The position numbers were made by a program, and so were the translations under genes. This document shows positions 43,201-56,893 of a stretch of DNA of 64,000 nucleotides, in pieces. Positions within the stretch are counted from its first letter, which is position 1, and each line of letters begins with the position of its first letter. The notes below the pieces were generated by a model, which had not been told where the DNA came from, did not search any database, and saw only the letters and a list, made by a program, of their open reading frames with translations. Source of the stretch: Dendrobates tinctorius (taxonomy: Eukaryota); the NCBI RefSeq assembly GCF_039654945.1, contig NW_027361869.1, positions 7,378,001 through 7,442,000 of the forward strand, given 5' to 3'.

Positions 43201-45269
43201 TGGTGGCACTGATCATAAAGTTCTGCAGTGACGAGGTGGTGGCACTAATCATACTGCTTTGCAGGGAGGAGGTGGTGGCACTGATCATACAGCTCAGCAG
43301 GGAGGACGTGGTGGCACTGATTATACAGCTCAGCAGGGACAAGGTGGTGGCACTGATCATACAGCTTTGCGGGGATAATGTGGTTGCACTGATTATACAT
43401 CTCTTTAGGGATAAGTTGGAGGCACTGATCATGCAGTTCTGCAGGGATGAGATAGTGGCTCAGATCATACAGCTCTGCAGGGACGAGGAGGTGGCACTGA
43501 TCATACACCTCTGCGGCCACAAGGTGGTGGTACTAATCATACAGCTCTGCAGTGACGAGGTTGTGGCACTGATTATGCAGTTCTGCAGGGATGATGTAGT
43601 GGCACCGATCATACAGCTCTGCAGGGATGATTCAGTAGAACAGATCATACAGCCCTGTAGGGATGAGGTGATGGCACTGATCATACAGCTCTGCAGGGAA
43701 AAGTTGGTGACACTGATCATACAGCTCTGCTCGCACAAAGTGGTGGCACTTATGATACAGCTTTGTGGGGACAAGGTGGTGGCACTGATCATGCAGTACT
43801 GCAGGGATGAGGTAGTGACACCGATCATACAGCTCTGCAGGTATGATTCAGTAGCACAGATCATACAGCCTGCAGGGATGAGGTGGTGGCACTGATCATA
43901 CACCTCTGCGGCGACAAGGTGGTGTTACTGATCATACAGCTCTGCAAGGACCAGGTGGTGGCACTAATCATACAGCTCTGCAGAGACAAGGTGGTGGCAC
44001 TGATTATACAGCTCTGCAGGGAGGAGGTTGTCGCACTGAACATACTGGTTTGCAGGGATGTGGTGGTGGCACAGATCATACAGCTCTGCAGAGAGGAGGT
44101 GGTGGCACTGATTATACAGATTTGCAGGGAGGAGATGGTGGCACTGATCATACAGCTCTGCAGGGAGTAGGTGGTGGCACTGATAATAGAGCTCTCCCGG
44201 GATAATTTGATGGCACTGATCATACAGCTCTGCTCGGACAAAGTGGTGGCACTTATGATACAGCTTTGTGGGTACAAGATGTTGGCACTGATCATACAGC
44301 TCTGCAGTGATGAGGTCGTGGCACTGATCATGCAGTTCTGCAGGGATGAGGTAGTGGCACCGATCATACAGCTCTGCAGGGATGTTTCAGTAGCACAGAT
44401 CATACAGCCCTGCAGGGATGAGGTGGTGGCACTGATCATACAGCTCTTCAGGGAAAAGTTGGTGACGCTGATCATACACCTCTGCGGCGACAAGGTGGTG
44501 GCACTGATTATACAGTTCTGCGGCGACAAGGTGGTGGCACTGATCACACAGGTCTGCAGGGAAAAGGTGGTGTTATTGAACATACAGCTCAGCGCGGACA
44601 AGGTGGTGGCACTGATCAGACAGCTCTACAGGGAGGAGGTTGTGGCACTAAACATACTGGTTTGCAGGGATGAGGTTGTGGCACTGATCATACAGCTCTG
44701 CAGGGAGGAGGTGGTGGCACTGATCATACAGCTCTGCAGGGAATAGGTGGTGGCACTGATCGTACAGCTCTGCTGGGACAAGATGGTGGTACTGATCATA
44801 AAGCTCTGCAGGGATGATGTAGTGGCACTGATCATACAGGTTTGCAGAGACGAGGTGGTGGCACTGATCATACAACTTTTCGTGGACAAGGTGGTGGCAC
44901 TGATCAGACAGCTTTGCGTGTACAAGGTGGTGGCACTAATCAGGTAGCCCTGAGGGGATGACGTGGTGGCACTGATCAAAAAGCTCTGCAGGGATTAGGT
45001 GGTGGCACTGATCATACAGCTCTGCAAGGAGTAGGTGGTGGCACTGATCATACAGCTTGCGTTGACAATGTGGTGGCACTGATTATACAGTTCTGCGGCG
45101 AAAAGGTGGTGGCACTGATCATACAGCTCTGCATGTAAAGGTGGTGGCACTGAACATACAGCTCTGCAGGGAAAAGGTGGTGGCACTGAACATACAGGTC
45201 AGCAGGGACGAGGTGGTGGCACTCATTATAGAACTCTGCAGGGGTGAAGTGGTGGCACTGATCATACAG
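34272..45269. repeat. 36-bp satellite, block 3
   Basis: Same monomer. Contains a 2366-bp tandem duplication. Ends about 1 kb from the H2A 3' end. Confidence 0.97.
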
Positions 45270-46287
45270 GCCAAAAATGGGGGACGGGGTATGGAGTATG
45301 GCATGCGGATGGAGAGCACATTGATGCTGGAACCAGCGCGTCGCCTATCACGCTCCCCCATCAGTACATAGGTTTTCATCTGTGCTTTTTTTTTTTTTAG
45401 TAATTACAGAAAAGCAGGAGGATTTGTGGTTTATTGGCTTAATTAATTTTCTTCTGTTACATAATATTTGTTCAGTGAACCTGCGGATAATTACACTACA
45501 CTAATGTGGGGTTAACCCTCTGTGTAGCTCTAGGACTTTTCACCAATGATGGCAATTAGCTCGATCTGCACGTGCCGCAATCTCCTCAGTCACTTACAGT
45601 ATTATCGGGACTCCCAGCTGTTTCTGCACTGATTACAGGGGGCTATAAGCAGCAGATGTTCTCGAGGAGCCCGATGTGAGATGAAGGTGGCGCATCTATG
45701 AACACTGGTAAATAAGAGGGGATCAGCAGGAACAAGGCAAGTAAGAGGTTAAACAGAGGAGGAAAGGCGTCTATGTACATCGCTGAAGGCGGCGCTTAAC
45801 CGAGGATTCCCGCTCATTGTCTGATCGCAGGATCCGTTTGGGGATTTGAACTTCCCGCTCTTCTTCCGCCGAGGATTATTAGCGGACATCACAATCCGGT
45901 CACACAGAGAACCGCGCAGAGTCCGGCCCTCCAGAGCCGCCATCACGGGATCGCCCTCCGGGAGGAGCAGCAGTCACTGATGTGGACAATCACCGGCCGC
46001 CATCCCCCGATACTCCGGGACGTGATAACCGCATGTAATCTCCACAGCGGAGTCAGGGGCCCGAGTATCAAGACATTCACTAATGAGGGACATTTCCTGT
46101 GACTATTCGAGGACTCCTCTCCCCACACAGGTCTGAGGCTTCATGTGATAACCCAGACATGGGCATCCTCAGTGTTTTGTGTTGAACCCCGGAATCAAGT
46201 GTGTATGGGCACCAACCTACAAACTGGTGGCGGCAGCCCGTGGTGCCTAACGTCAGTCCCATGTGAGCACGCAGAGATCAGCGGTGT

Positions 46288-46328
46288 CAGCTCTTGTGGC
46301 GACGGTGTGGGTGGCTCTTAGAAGAGCC
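46288..46328 (-). terminator. H2A 3' stem-loop (46313-46328, GGCTCTTCTAAGAGCC) and HDE (AAGAGCTG, 46288-46295)
   Basis: Matches the replication-dependent histone stem-loop consensus, followed by ACCCA and a purine-rich U7 site. Confidence 0.95.
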
Positions 46329-46361
46329 TTTGGTGTTGTGGACAGAGATCGGCGGCAGCGC

Positions 46362-47449
<1,088 letters not shown>

Positions 47450-47483
47450 TCTGCTCAGTCTGCTGCTCCGCCATCACCCCAAA

Positions 47484-47524
47484 GGCTCTTCTAAGAGCCA
47501 CCACCCCATCTCCATCAGAGCTGT
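47484..47524 (+). terminator. H2B 3' stem-loop (47484-47499) and HDE (AGAGCTGT, 47517-47524)
   Basis: AAA-GGCTCTTCTAAGAGCC-ACCA...CAGAGCTGT. Confidence 0.95.
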
Positions 47525-48516
47525 GGCTGCTCCTGTGTCCTTTCCCGTCTCCCCGAGTTGTCTGCTCCACCGCCTGGGTCTCTGCGTCTAGTGACGGGAA
47601 GTGACAGGTGAAGGAAGTAGGGATGATGAATGCTACCAAGGAGATTGTGAGAACCGAGGACCTTCTAAATAATAACCTGGTCACTTCTCCATAAGTTGCT
47701 CTGTGTTCAGGGACTACTCTTTAACCCCTTGCTCCACAGATCTTGATATTCTGGGGTCTCATTCATTTGGTATAACATGATTCGGTTTAGTTCATGATAC
47801 ACCATGATGACTAATAACACTTTCTAAGCCGGGATGCTTTGAGACTGAATTTTCTCCCCCATGCAGCACCAGACAGTGAGCTGACGATTTTCCTCTCTGC
47901 ACTTAGTTCATGATTCTCGTGTTTTTCCTCAAATAACAGGAGACATTTGTAGTCGGTGCAGTTTTATCTAGAGATTATGCTGGAGTCTTCACTGTAAAGG
48001 GAAGCGGTGACGACATTTTAGAAGCAGCGGGAAATTCAAACCCCCTAACCGTCCTGTGTTCAGCCAATCCGCAGAGGGAGGGGAGGAGCTAATGTTCCCA
48101 ATGGTTGACACGTTTGCAGTTCCCGCTTTTTCTGTTCTTTGTCTCCATATAACGCGCGGTCCCAGGACGGAGCGATGTCGGGGAATCTGCAGGTGTTGAG
48201 AGGTCGCTTACATCCCATACAGGAGTCTGCAGCTGTTCCTGGTTAGAGAATGAATCCGCGTTAGGCAGATGCTGTGATGCCCCGTGTGTCTGACCTGCAG
48301 GCGATCACATCTCCCTTTCTCGTCATAATCCGTATTGTGGAGACAATATATTGGCTAGAGATGTATCCTACAAGAGATATTTCAGGGGAGACCAATTCTG
48401 CTCTTCCAAGCAGATCCCACCTGCAGCTCCAGGCAGGAGGTCTGAGATGGGAAATGTGCGATCATGTAGAGAAGATTGCCGAGAGCTCAGTGCACAATAC
48501 ATTACACTGTGATGTC

Positions 48517-48593
48517 CCCGCTTAATTGTAAAGTGCTGCGGAATATGTTGGCGCTATATAAATAAAAATTATTATTATTATTATTATTATTAT
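48517..48593 (+). mobile_element. Very short L2 3'-end insertion (or L2-mobilised SINE tail) with (ATT)n
   Basis: TGTAAAGTGCTGCGGAATATGTTGGCGCTATATAAATAAA(ATT)n, the same tail as the L2 at 30.6 kb. Flanked by TGATGTC at 48510-48516 and 48594-48600. Confidence 0.85.
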
Positions 48594-49277
48594 TGATGTC
48601 AGGATCCTCTAGGTCAGACATGTCATGACATCATCTCCCATCACATCCTCCTCACAGATGTTTTTTAAATAATTACTGCAGGATATGGGGCGATATTGGC
48701 GGCTGGGATCAGTCAGGATCACTGCTGAGCTCTGATTTTCAGCCTTTTCTGTCATTGTTAATAATTGTTTTTCCTAATTAATTGTAGCTGACAGCAGGTC
48801 CCTACTCTGCAGCAATGTGAGCTATGATGTGGTGGAAAAAAGAATCATTGCCAGGGGAAGAAGAAAACACAAATATAAGGACAATAGTGTCATAATTGCC
48901 CGAAGTAATGATGACTCCTATCATAGCACAAATGTCCCTAATGCGGGAATATAAGACCTGAATAAAGGCAGAGAGGGCTTAGCCCTGGGGTTAATATAAA
49001 TGTAATATTCTCTATGAAAACCGGAGATCCTGTGATTACTGAGGACTGAGCCTTAGATCAGGCAGTGTATCTACCGGTGTGAGATCCCCTGGGCGGCTGC
49101 CTGTAATATCTGTGGTTACAGTCTGTTCTGTCCTCCTGACATATACTGGGGCCGTGTCTGCTCCCCTCTATTTGTGCTGCCCATTTATCTATAGGCTGAA
49201 TCTGGAATAATTCTCATCACAGGGGAAGAAGTGACATTATATTACAAGCTGGAAAGAAAAGGGAAACTGAACAATGA

Positions 49278-49779
<502 letters not shown>

Positions 49780-49809
49780 TTGTATTCTCTTCTGTGCTGA
49801 TAACCCAAA

Positions 49810-49825
49810 GGCTCTTTTCAGAGCC
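49810..49825 (+). terminator. H4 3' stem-loop
   Basis: GGCTCTTTTCAGAGCC followed by ACCCA. Weaker HDE-like GAGAGGCT at about 49843-49850. Confidence 0.95.
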
Positions 49826-51479
49826 ACCCACATCTTCTACCTGAGAGGCTACGATTTCCTATTCCTGCATTCTGGTGCCTGTAAGTATACTAGTTGTCAC
49901 AGCCTGGCATGTGTCTTGCACTTTCCTCCTTCCATACTGGAGCTGGCACCGCGGACTTGGGGTGATGTGGTTTATTCTCCTTGACCTATAATATACAGCT
50001 GCCAGGTTCTGGGGGCATACAGTATATCCGCACTGTGCAGCACAGACATCTCTGCACCACAGTACATACCTCGCTGTGATGTGGTCACTACAGAGCAGAA
50101 ATCCAAGTTCTGCCGTGAGATGAACGTGATTCTGCTACAGGTCTTACTGATCAGATCAGTGTGTGTGTCAGGAGGCAGCGAATACTCCCGGGGATTGTCG
50201 CTGGATAGATGCGCCTCCCCCAAAGGCTCCTATCAGAGCCGCACACATGTGTTCTGGAGAAGCTACAATTCCTGATATTTGATGACTGCGGTGATGGAGT
50301 CTGGTCAGATCCTATTTCTCAGGATTGGTGTAAATCCAGTGAGGAGCGGTCACCTCCTGTACCGGTAACTGCTCCCCCTTGTTAGTGGCGGCTCCCCGGT
50401 ATGTCCAGCGCCTGCATCTCATCACTACCACCCTCCTCATTTACCATCTACATGTGGCCACTGATTGTGACCTCCTGACTGCTCCTAATAACATGGACTG
50501 GAGCTACAGCCGGCAGCGGTCTCCTGTGCTCGGGCTGATGGATGAAGCCGCTCCCTCCCCGCAGCCGGACATTAGCGGCTCGTTCCCCTCATGACGGGGA
50601 GGTTTCTGGTGTCTTATCCTATTTATCAGTAGTCGGAGCCAGAAGAGAGAACAGAGTCCGCACCCCGAATGTACAGCGCCGTCATCCGAGCCCGGCGGAC
50701 CATAGCGAGGACTGGAGATGAGGCGGCTCCGGAGCCTGTGTATTTCTGAGTGCGGAGAGCGCCATCCCTCCAGAGGAGAAAAAGTCTCGCATACAAGATA
50801 ACTGCATAAATGTGGTTGGTGAGATAATGAGCAGCGGCCACCGTTCTGGGGATTGAGGGGTTAATACAATCTCACTTTACCACATGAGCTGCAGGTATAA
50901 TGGCCGCTTACTCCTGACAGTGATTGGGAAATGATGTCTCTTCCACAAGCAGAGAACAGTCACTGAAGGGTTAATGATCGAGGGCCGAGAGCACGACTGA
51001 GCGGGAGATTCAAATCATCAAACGGTTATAAAGCTCCGCCCACAGGAACCGACCAATCGATAGACGTGCTTCCTCCTACGTTTAACTCCTTATTGCCCTT
51101 CTACCTGCTGCTCCTCATGTACACGTGTTCTCCCGGCAGCGCTCAGCACATCGGGCTCCTCCTGGTAGAACATGTGCGGATTGTATCATCCGATCTGTGC
51201 TAGATGCGGCCTCCTGTGATCAGTGCGGACCCCACACGGAGACGCCCAGATATAACGTTACCGGGTCTCCGTGTGGGGTCCGCTCCGATCACTGCTGGAA
51301 GTGGAGTTGAGACTGATCAGCCCTGGAGCTGCAGGCAATGTATACACACCCCGTACGGTGCTGCACATCCTCCATACCACCTACTGGGTGGTATACAGCA
51401 CTACAAAGCCTACGTGTGCTGTATACTCCCCATCTAGTGCTGCAGACACAAATCCGAGAGCATCTGTTCTATATAAGCC

Positions 51480-51672
51480 TGAATCATGGAATGTTCCAGC
51501 TTAGTGCAAGATTCATTAAATCCTCCCAGACGGATGTCTGTCCAGCCTCTGTTTGAAGACTTCCATTGAAGGAGAACTCACCACCTCCAGTGGCAGCCTG
51601 TTCCACTTATTGATCATCCTCACTGTCAAAAAGTTCTCTTTAATATCTAATCCGTGTCTCCTCCCATTCAGA
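51480..51672 (-). mobile_element. CR1 LINE 3'-end fragment
   Basis: CTCACCACCTCC..GGCAGCCTGTTCCAC...CTCACTGTCAAAAAG resembles the antisense of the CR1 ORF2 C-terminus/3'UTR (recognised from memory, not searched). Confidence 0.65.
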
Positions 51673-51679
51673 ATCATCT

Positions 51680-52120
51680 ACAGAATACCCCCATATAGTG
51701 CTGTAAACCCCAAATAGCTATTGTATGTATAGGCTCACATAGTGCTGGATACCCTCCATATAGTGACATGAGCATAAGGTAGTGCTGATACCTACATATT
51801 GCTGAATACTCTGCACAAAGTGCTGTGGGCCCTCCATATTGTTCTATATAACATCATATGTGGCTGTATACCCCCATATAGTGCTGTAAGCTGCCAAATA
51901 CTGTTGTATACGGACACATTGTGCAGTATACCCTTCAAGTAGTATTATATACCTCCATATAGTGCTGATAATCCAACATATAGTATTTTATAGTTGAATA
52001 TCCTGTATCCATACAGTGCTGTATACTCCCCATATATTCGTGCACACCCTCATGTATTGCTGTATACCCCCATAGAGTGACATGTATGCTCCTGAAAGGG
52101 CTGAATAATCCATATATCGG
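51680..52120. repeat. Degenerate minisatellite-like tract (ATAGTGCTGTATA-type motif)
   Basis: Recurring (C)ATAGTGCTG(T)ATA(CCC) words at irregular spacing of roughly 20-40 bp. Confidence 0.55.
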
Positions 52121-52254
52121 ATATTCTGGACTCCGAGCTCCTGATCTACAATCCCCACAACACTGCGCACCACAGAGATGAAGTTACTGCGGGATCTCGT
52201 CACTTCTCCTCACGTTTTCTGACCTCATTATTGCGGGTCAGGATGATTTCGGAT

Positions 52255-53930
52255 TAGTGATGGGCGAGCTCATCGGGTGCTCGTTGTTAAGGTCAAGCAA
52301 ATTAGAATACTCGGGTACTCGGTCAGGACAACGAGCCCCATGTAAGTCTATGGGAGACCTGAGCATTTTTGCAGCGATTCCCCCCGGGGGTCCATTTAAG
52401 GTCTAAAAACATCTGAAAATGAAGGAAACACTGCTCAAATGACACGGGGACATAATGCGGATCGCTTCTGGAACCATTCCTGACTCCTAGGTCACAGTTT
52501 CAAACAATGTTGTCAGAGTTTCATGCCATTGTTACCAGTGCACCAAATAATATACCAAAACGGATTTTGCTGGGATAAATTTTAAGGTACATCCTTTCCA
52601 GGTTAAAGACTAGTATATAAGGCAAAATAAATAACCCCAAGTCAAAATGTTCCTCCACCACTTGGTCTATGTTCAGACGCAGCGTTTTTGAAGCGTTTTG
52701 CAACTTTAACATTGCTTTCAATCAAAACTAATGCATTCACTTGGAAATGTCATTGTAACATTTAACAACCCCAGCTGGCCATGCGGTGTGTGACACATAA
52801 GCAGACACATCTTGTTTTATTTATGAAGGAGGGACTCGGTCACAGAGCCTATTTTTACAGGGGCCTCAGGCGGCATTAATCTACTTAAAGGGCCATTATT
52901 AAACAGTGGGTCTCCTAAATGGTTATTGTCTATGCAGTGACTGGATGGGCTACCAAGAATTACAACACACCCAATACCCCTTTCACGAGATGTCCAGGAG
53001 GGCCTCCATAAAAAATGTTGCATTGAATGCAAGGCCTGCCCTGCTACAAAGTCATGTGCACCCCAATAAACCTTTGAACCCACATACTGGTTGGGCCCAG
53101 GACAATCCACTTCACATAGAATCAAAGAACATTATTACTTTCGTACTCCAATTCTGTTTTCTTATGGATTCACGGCAAGGCCTGCCCTGCTACCAAGTCA
53201 TATGCACCCCAATAACTCCAATCCCCCCTTGGAATAAAATATAGAGGGCCTTTTAAAAAATGTCTCATTAAAAAAAGAACCGGATCTCCTAGACTTGTAA
53301 TGCCCATACACTAAGTGTGTTGGCTGGCAAACATGTTGCCCTGTGGGTTACACCTCAACCTTTTCCATAACCAGTATTTTACGCCCAGCAAAACCACCCA
53401 CCCTTGTTCGTGTGAGGACTCCTGGAGTGGACCCTGTGGGCCATGATTCCAACCCACCCTGGGCGAGCTGACCTGGTAAGGACCACCCAGGGATACAGGA
53501 AGCATCAGAACGCCCTGGGAAATAAAGTACCATGACTGCTGGAACCAGGTGGCAGGCTCGAAGGAGGCACAAGAGACAGTGTTTAGCAGGATGAAGTGGT
53601 GGATGATATAGTAACTGACCCAAGCTAGCAGGAGGACATGCAAAGTGAGGACAGCAGCATAGGGGGAGGGAGGCATAGCGCCCCAACAGCCAGGAAGAAG
53701 CAGTGTGGTTGCCGCAGACAGAAGGCCGGCGACTATTAACAGTAACACCAACATGATGGAAGTTGCCTGTCCATCTGTTAGGCCTTCTCAAGTCTAGTTG
53801 TTTTTTAATACTCTGCCCATAACCCCAAAAGAGGTCATTTGCACCACCTGCCATGCCAGCATCAGCAGGGGTAGCAAAACTACCAGCCTCACCACCACGA
53901 GCATGATCAGGACCATGGTTGGTAGCAAAG
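52255..53930 (+). mobile_element. Truncated hAT-type DNA transposon remnant with BED zinc-finger fragment
   Basis: Starts TAGTGATGGGCGAG (hAT-like terminus with CTCGGG subterminal words). 53783-53915 translates SQV*LFF...VICTTCHASISRG...LTTTSMIR, a BED finger with W>stop. No right TIR found. Confidence 0.6.
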
Positions 53931-53980
53931 CCGGCAGTATTAAAGGTCAGGAATTCGCTCTTCTTGAGGGAGGATTGGGT

Positions 53981-53996
53981 GGCTCTGAAAAGAGCC
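53981..53996 (-). terminator. H3 3' stem-loop
   Basis: GGCTCTTTTCAGAGCC-ACCCA on the minus strand, with HDE-like AAGAAGAGC about 10 nt further on. Confidence 0.95.
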
Positions 53997-54027
53997 TTTG
54001 TGTTGCAGTCAGGTGGGCAGGACAGAT

Positions 54028-54599
<572 letters not shown>

Positions 54600-54910
54600 C
54601 ACTGTACAGAGAAGGCTCAACCTGACTCACAGTTCAGCTATCACCCACTGCTCTGATACACAGGGTCACATCCAATCTCCAGGCGGCTTCTACAGCGGAA
54701 GCTCCGATTCTATATTCCCAGTACCCAGAGAGGTACAGCAGCTCCTCTATAATCAGTCACTGACGCTCCAACTCTCACATCGGAGTTATAACCTCACACC
54801 ACTCTTACTAAGATGTGGGTTACAGGTGGTGATAATTAGGATGATGGAAGTAACGTGATTTCTGCTGCACATCGGCCCCTTCCCTCCATTACACAGAACT
54901 GTCACCTGAA

Positions 54911-55991
54911 GGCACCGATCATACAGCTCTGCGGGGAGGAGGTGGAGGCACTGATCATACAGCTCTGCGGGGACAGGGTGGTGGCACTGATCATACAGCT
55001 CTGCGGGGAGGAGGTGGAGGCACTGATCATACAGCTCTGCGGGGACAGGGTGTTGGCACTGATCATACAGCTCTGCGGGGAGGAGGTGGAGGCACTAATC
55101 ATACAGCTCTGCGGGGAGGAGGTGGAGGCACTGATCATACAGCTCTGCGGGGACAGGGTGGTGGCACTGATCATACAGCTCTGCGGGGAGGAGGTGGAGG
55201 CACTGATCATACAGCTCTGCGGGGAGGAGGTGGAGGCACTGATCATACAGCTCTGCGGGGACAGGGTGGTGGCACTGATCATACAGCTCTGCGGGGAGGA
55301 GGTGGAGGCACTGATCATACAGCTTTGCGGGGACAGGGTGGTGGCACTGATCATACAGCTCTGCGGGGAGGAGGTGGTGGCACTAATCATACAGCTCTGC
55401 GAGGACAGGGTGGTGGCACTGATCATACAGCTCTGCGGGGACAGGGTGGTGGCACTAATCATACAGCTCTGCGGGGACTGGGTGGTGGCACTAATCATAC
55501 AGCTCTGCGGGGGACAAGGTGGTGGCACTAATCATACAGATCTGCGAGGACAGGGTGGTGGCACTGATCATACAGCTCTGCGGGGACAGGGTGGTGGCAC
55601 TAATCATACAGCTCTGCGGGGACAGGGTGGTGGCACTGATCATACACCTCTGCGGGGACAGGGTGGTGGCACTGATCATACAGCTCTACGAGGACAGGGT
55701 GGTGGCACTGATCATACAGCTCTGCGGGGACAGGGTGGTGACTCAGATCATACAGCTCTGCGGGGACAGGGTGGTGGCACTGATCATACAGCTCTGCGGG
55801 GACAGGGTGGTGGCACTAATCATACAGCTCTGCGAGGACAGGGTGGTGGCTCAGATCATACAGCTCTACGAGGACAGGGTGGTGGCACCGATCATACAGC
55901 TCTACGAGGACAGGGTGGTGGCTCAGATCATACAGCTCTGCGAGGACAGGGTGGTGGCACTGATCATACAGCTCTGCGGGGACAGGGTGGT
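54911..55991. repeat. 36-bp satellite, block 4 (about 30 homogeneous monomers abutting the H1 stem-loop)
   Basis: Monomers GGGGACAGGGTGGTGGCACTGATCATACAGCTCTGC and GGGGAGGAGGTGGAGGCACTGATCATACAGCTCTGC, much less diverged than the other blocks. Confidence 0.97.
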
Positions 55992-56007
55992 GGCTCTGAA
56001 AAGAGCC
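55967..56007 (-). terminator. H1 3' stem-loop (55992-56007) and HDE (AGAGCTGTA, 55967-55975, inside the first satellite monomer)
   Basis: Minus strand reads AAA-GGCTCTTTTCAGAGCC-ACCACCCTGTCCCCGC-AGAGCTGTA-TGATCAGTGCC-ACCA... Confidence 0.93.
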
Positions 56008-56034
56008 TTTGTGTAAAATAACTGGGTCCGCAAC

Positions 56035-56652
56035 TTATTTCTTGGCCGCGGGCTTCTTGGCTTTCTTAGCCGGACTCTTGGCAGCTTTAGGTTTGGCCGC
56101 CTTTTTAGCCGGACTCTTCGTCGCCTTCTTAGGCTTGGGAGCGGCTTTCGACTTCTTGGGGCTCTTGGCCGCTTTCTTGGCAGCTGCGGGCTTCTTGGCC
56201 TTTTTCGGGCTCTTCTTGGCCGTGGTCAGAGCCTTCTTGGGCTTCTTCGGAGATTTGGCGGCTTTCTTAGCAGCAACGGGTTTCTTGGGCTTGGCTGCTG
56301 ACTTCTTGGCCACTTTAGTCTCCTGCTTCTTGTTGAGTTTGAAGGACCCGGAGGCGCCGCTGCCCTTCACCTGGAGGAGGGTGCCCTTGGTGACCAGAGA
56401 CCTGACGGCCAGCTTCAGGCGGCTGTTGTTCTTCTCTACATCGTACCCTCCGGCAGACAGCGCCTTCTTCAGGGCGGCCAGAGACACCCCACTGCGCTCC
56501 TTAGAGGCTGACACGGCTTTCACGATCAGCTCGGAGACGCCAGGACCGGAGGATTTCTTGCTGCTCTTGGCGGCGGATTTCTTTGGCTGCTTCTTGGCTT
56601 TGGCAGCCGGTTCTGCGGGAGGGGGAGCGGCGGCTAGCGCGGTCTCTGCCAT
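56035..56652 (-). CDS. H1: Linker histone H1, somatic replication-dependent type (205 aa)
   Basis: [15 protein letters not shown]...[30 protein letters not shown]...[14 protein letters not shown] plus K/A/P-rich tail with SPKK motifs. Stem-loop present. Confidence 0.97.
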   Translation of the reverse strand: MAETALAAAPPPAEPAAKAKKQPKKSAAKSSKKSSGPGVSELIVKAVSASKERSGVSLAALKKALSAGGYDVEKNNSRLKLAVRSLVTKGTLLQVKGSGASGSFKLNKKQETKVAKKSAAKPKKPVAAKKAAKSPKKPKKALTTAKKSPKKAKKPAAAKKAAKSPKKSKAAPKPKKATKSPAKKAAKPKAAKSPAKKAKKPAAKK

Positions 56653-56723
56653 CCTTATGCTACGGAGCCAAAACACAAAAATCTCCCGATAGGAAAACAC
56701 TAAGGCCGGAGCTGGAGGAGTCT

Positions 56724-56893
56724 GTTATATGTACAGGCTTACTGTGCACTGATTGGCTGCTGAGCTACAGGCTTACTGTGCACTGATTGGCTGCTGAGCT
56801 ACACCGTCCTGAGCATCTATTGGCTGACACTGCATACATGCCCCGCCTCTTCCCAGCTGAGAACGAGTGAAGCTCCGCTCTCCCCTTGTGCTT
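56724..56893 (-). promoter_or_regulatory. H1 promoter
   Basis: ATATAA (minus) at 56725-56730. CCAAT at 56752, 56786 and 56819. GC box at 56841-56847. H1-box-like AAGCACA at about 56887-56893. Confidence 0.75.

Noticed and set aside
54911-55991. Satellite plus strand as U7 snRNA gene copies (contains TACAGCTCT like the U7 5' end)
   Set aside because: No U7 Sm site or 3' hairpin follows. The match is simply the complement of the HDE.
56653-56700. N-terminal extensions of the H1, H2A (46755-46766), H2B (46982-47071) and gag (24150-24440) ORFs in the track
   Set aside because: They start at non-ATG codons in UTR, promoter or LTR sequence. The canonical ATGs lie downstream.
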